Below, piece after piece: positions 62,859 through 64,000 of a DNA stretch of 64,000 nucleotides. The notes below the pieces were generated by a model, which saw only the letters and a program-made list of their open reading frames with translations, was not told the DNA's origin and did not search any database. Numbering within the stretch: the stretch's first letter is position 1; each line of letters starts with the position of its first letter. The translations under genes were made by a program, and so were the position numbers. Source of the stretch: an uncultured Pseudomonadota bacterium (GTDB taxonomy: Bacteria > Pseudomonadota > Alphaproteobacteria > JACZXZ01); contig CAVVLJ010000014.1 of NCBI GenBank assembly GCA_963749075.1, positions 1-64,000 of the forward strand. The letters run 5' to 3'.

Positions 62859-63656
62859 GTGCGAAAGCTCGGCCTCATCGGCTTCGGCGCCATCGGCCGG
62901 CGGGTCGCGGCGGCATTCGCTGGCGGCACGCTCGAGGGCATCGGCGTCCCGGCGGCCCTGGTCCGCCGGCCGCCGCCCGGCGGCGCAGCGCCGCCGCTGC
63001 TCATGAACGATGCGGAGCGCTTCCTCGCCCTCGGCCTCGACGCCGTGCTGGAATGCGCGGGGCACGCGGCCTTGGCCGCCTATGGCGAGCGCGTGCTCGC
63101 CGCGGGCGCCGACCTCCTCGTCACCTCGGTGGGGGCGCTCGCCGACGCCGCACTCCTCGAGCGCCTCCTCGCCGCGGCGCGGGGCGCCGGACGCCGGCTC
63201 ATCCTGCCCTCGGCCGGGATCGGCGCCCTCGATATCCTTGCCGCCGCAGCGGTGGGCGGACTGGAGAGCGTACACGTCACCGTGCGCAAGGATGCGGCGA
63301 GCTGGCACGGCACGCCCGCCGCCTTGTCCCACGATCTGGCGCGGCTCGTCTCGGCGGCCATGCTCTGCGACGGGCCGGTGCGCGAGGGCGCCCGGCTCTA
63401 TCCCCAGAACGTCAATATCGCCGCCGCCGTGGCGCTCGCGGGGATCGGCTTCGAGCGCACGCGCCTCACCATCGTGGCCGATCCGTCCATCGCGAACCAC
63501 GTGGTCGAGGTGACTGCCGCGGGCGCCTTCGGCCGTTTCGATTTCGCGAGGAGGTCGTGCCCAGCGAGGAGAACCGCCGAAACCGGCCGGCTGGTCGCCA
63601 TGGCGCTCGTCAAGACGATCCGCCAGCTCTCCTCGACCCTCGTCGTCGGCGCCTGA
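62859..63656 (+). CDS. Aspartate dehydrogenase-like protein (NadX/DUF108); probable compensating frameshifts about 63540-63580
   Basis: LIGFGAIG, VLECAGH, SVGALAD, SAGIGALD, YPQNVNIAAAVALAGIG. Confidence 0.88.
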   Translation: MRKLGLIGFGAIGRRVAAAFAGGTLEGIGVPAALVRRPPPGGAAPPLLMNDAERFLALGLDAVLECAGHAALAAYGERVLAAGADLLVTSVGALADAALLERLLAAARGAGRRLILPSAGIGALDILAAAAVGGLESVHVTVRKDAASWHGTPAALSHDLARLVSAAMLCDGPVREGARLYPQNVNIAAAVALAGIGFERTRLTIVADPSIANHVVEVTAAGAFGRFDFARRSCPARRTAETGRLVAMALVKTIRQLSSTLVVGA

Positions 63657-63719
63657 GGAGGGCCAGGCCCATCGCCCGCTGCAACGCGGCTTTGCCGCGA
63701 CGCGCGGCGGCGCGGGCGA

Positions 63720-63790
63720 TCACTGGTGCCGGTACTTCATCGTGCACTCGTGGTAGCCCATGCGGCCGTCCGTGAACGTGAAGGGCGGCG
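63720..63790 (-). pseudogene. Remnant 3' end of a paralog of the edge gene
   Basis: Translates ...FTFTDGRMGYHECTMKYRHQ*, matching ...SGKMGYRECTLRYQRK* of the gene at 63823-64000. Confidence 0.6.
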
Positions 63791-63822
63791 TCCGGCGGGT
63801 TGCACCGGCAGGCAGGCCATCG

Positions 63823-64000
63823 TTATTTGCGCTGGTAGCGCAAAGTGCATTCCCGATAACCCATCTTGCCGCTTCCTTCCAAGACACCGTTCTGAATTCT
63901 GCCGGTGAATTGCATCGTGTATTTTCCGATCCTCGCATTTTCTCCTGCGCCACGTAAAACGAAGCTGCCGTCCGTATTGACGCGGCCCTCGTAGACCTCG
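63823..64000 (-). CDS. C-terminal part of a hypothetical beta-rich protein (runs off the window)
   Basis: Open frame EVYEGRVNTDGSFVLRGAGENARIGKYTMQFTGRIQNGVLEGSGKMGYRECTLRYQRK*; visibly more AT-rich than the flanking genes. Confidence 0.65.
   Translation of the reverse strand, partial: EVYEGRVNTDGSFVLRGAGENARIGKYTMQFTGRIQNGVLEGSGKMGYRECTLRYQRK

Overview
A very GC-rich alphaproteobacterial chromosomal segment (PopZ, the xth-erpA-dgt-argS-SPOR-nagZ-scpAB-tatABC-serS-surE-pcm-nlpD-yajC core synteny; Rhodospirillales-like by inference). It is mostly housekeeping: tRNA-Asn, tRNA-Cys, pcm-rhodanese-tolC-popZ-valS, opgC, ilvD and a partial aerobic cobalamin cluster (cobK, cbiG-cobJ, cobH, cobG, cobL). 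Accessory genes sit between these blocks: an inter-tRNA islet (transglutaminase-like protein, a small hypothetical protein, HD-GYP, hicB-hicA), MlrC peptidase, a secreted beta-helix protein, a carbamoyltransferase, OxlT, a YfhO-like membrane protein, and a Liv-type ABC transporter followed by an aspartate dehydrogenase-like gene. The most interesting biological locus is a divergent module with two tandem Zur-like boxes between a TonB-dependent receptor-exbB-exbD-tonB operon (followed by a secreted M16 protease) and a DUF1007 + Ni/Co-transporter-family (ZevAB-like) pair. About 15 single-base frameshifts break genes, including essential valS and serS, so they are most likely long-read errors. 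Most fall at GA(N)TC-type motifs (GATC, GANTC, GACGTC), which may be a footprint of DNA modification. Also present are several palindromic intergenic repeats, two short tandem arrays and a duplicated gene 3' end at the right edge. No CRISPR array, rRNA, integrase or transposase was seen. Family assignments come from motif recognition by eye, not database searches.
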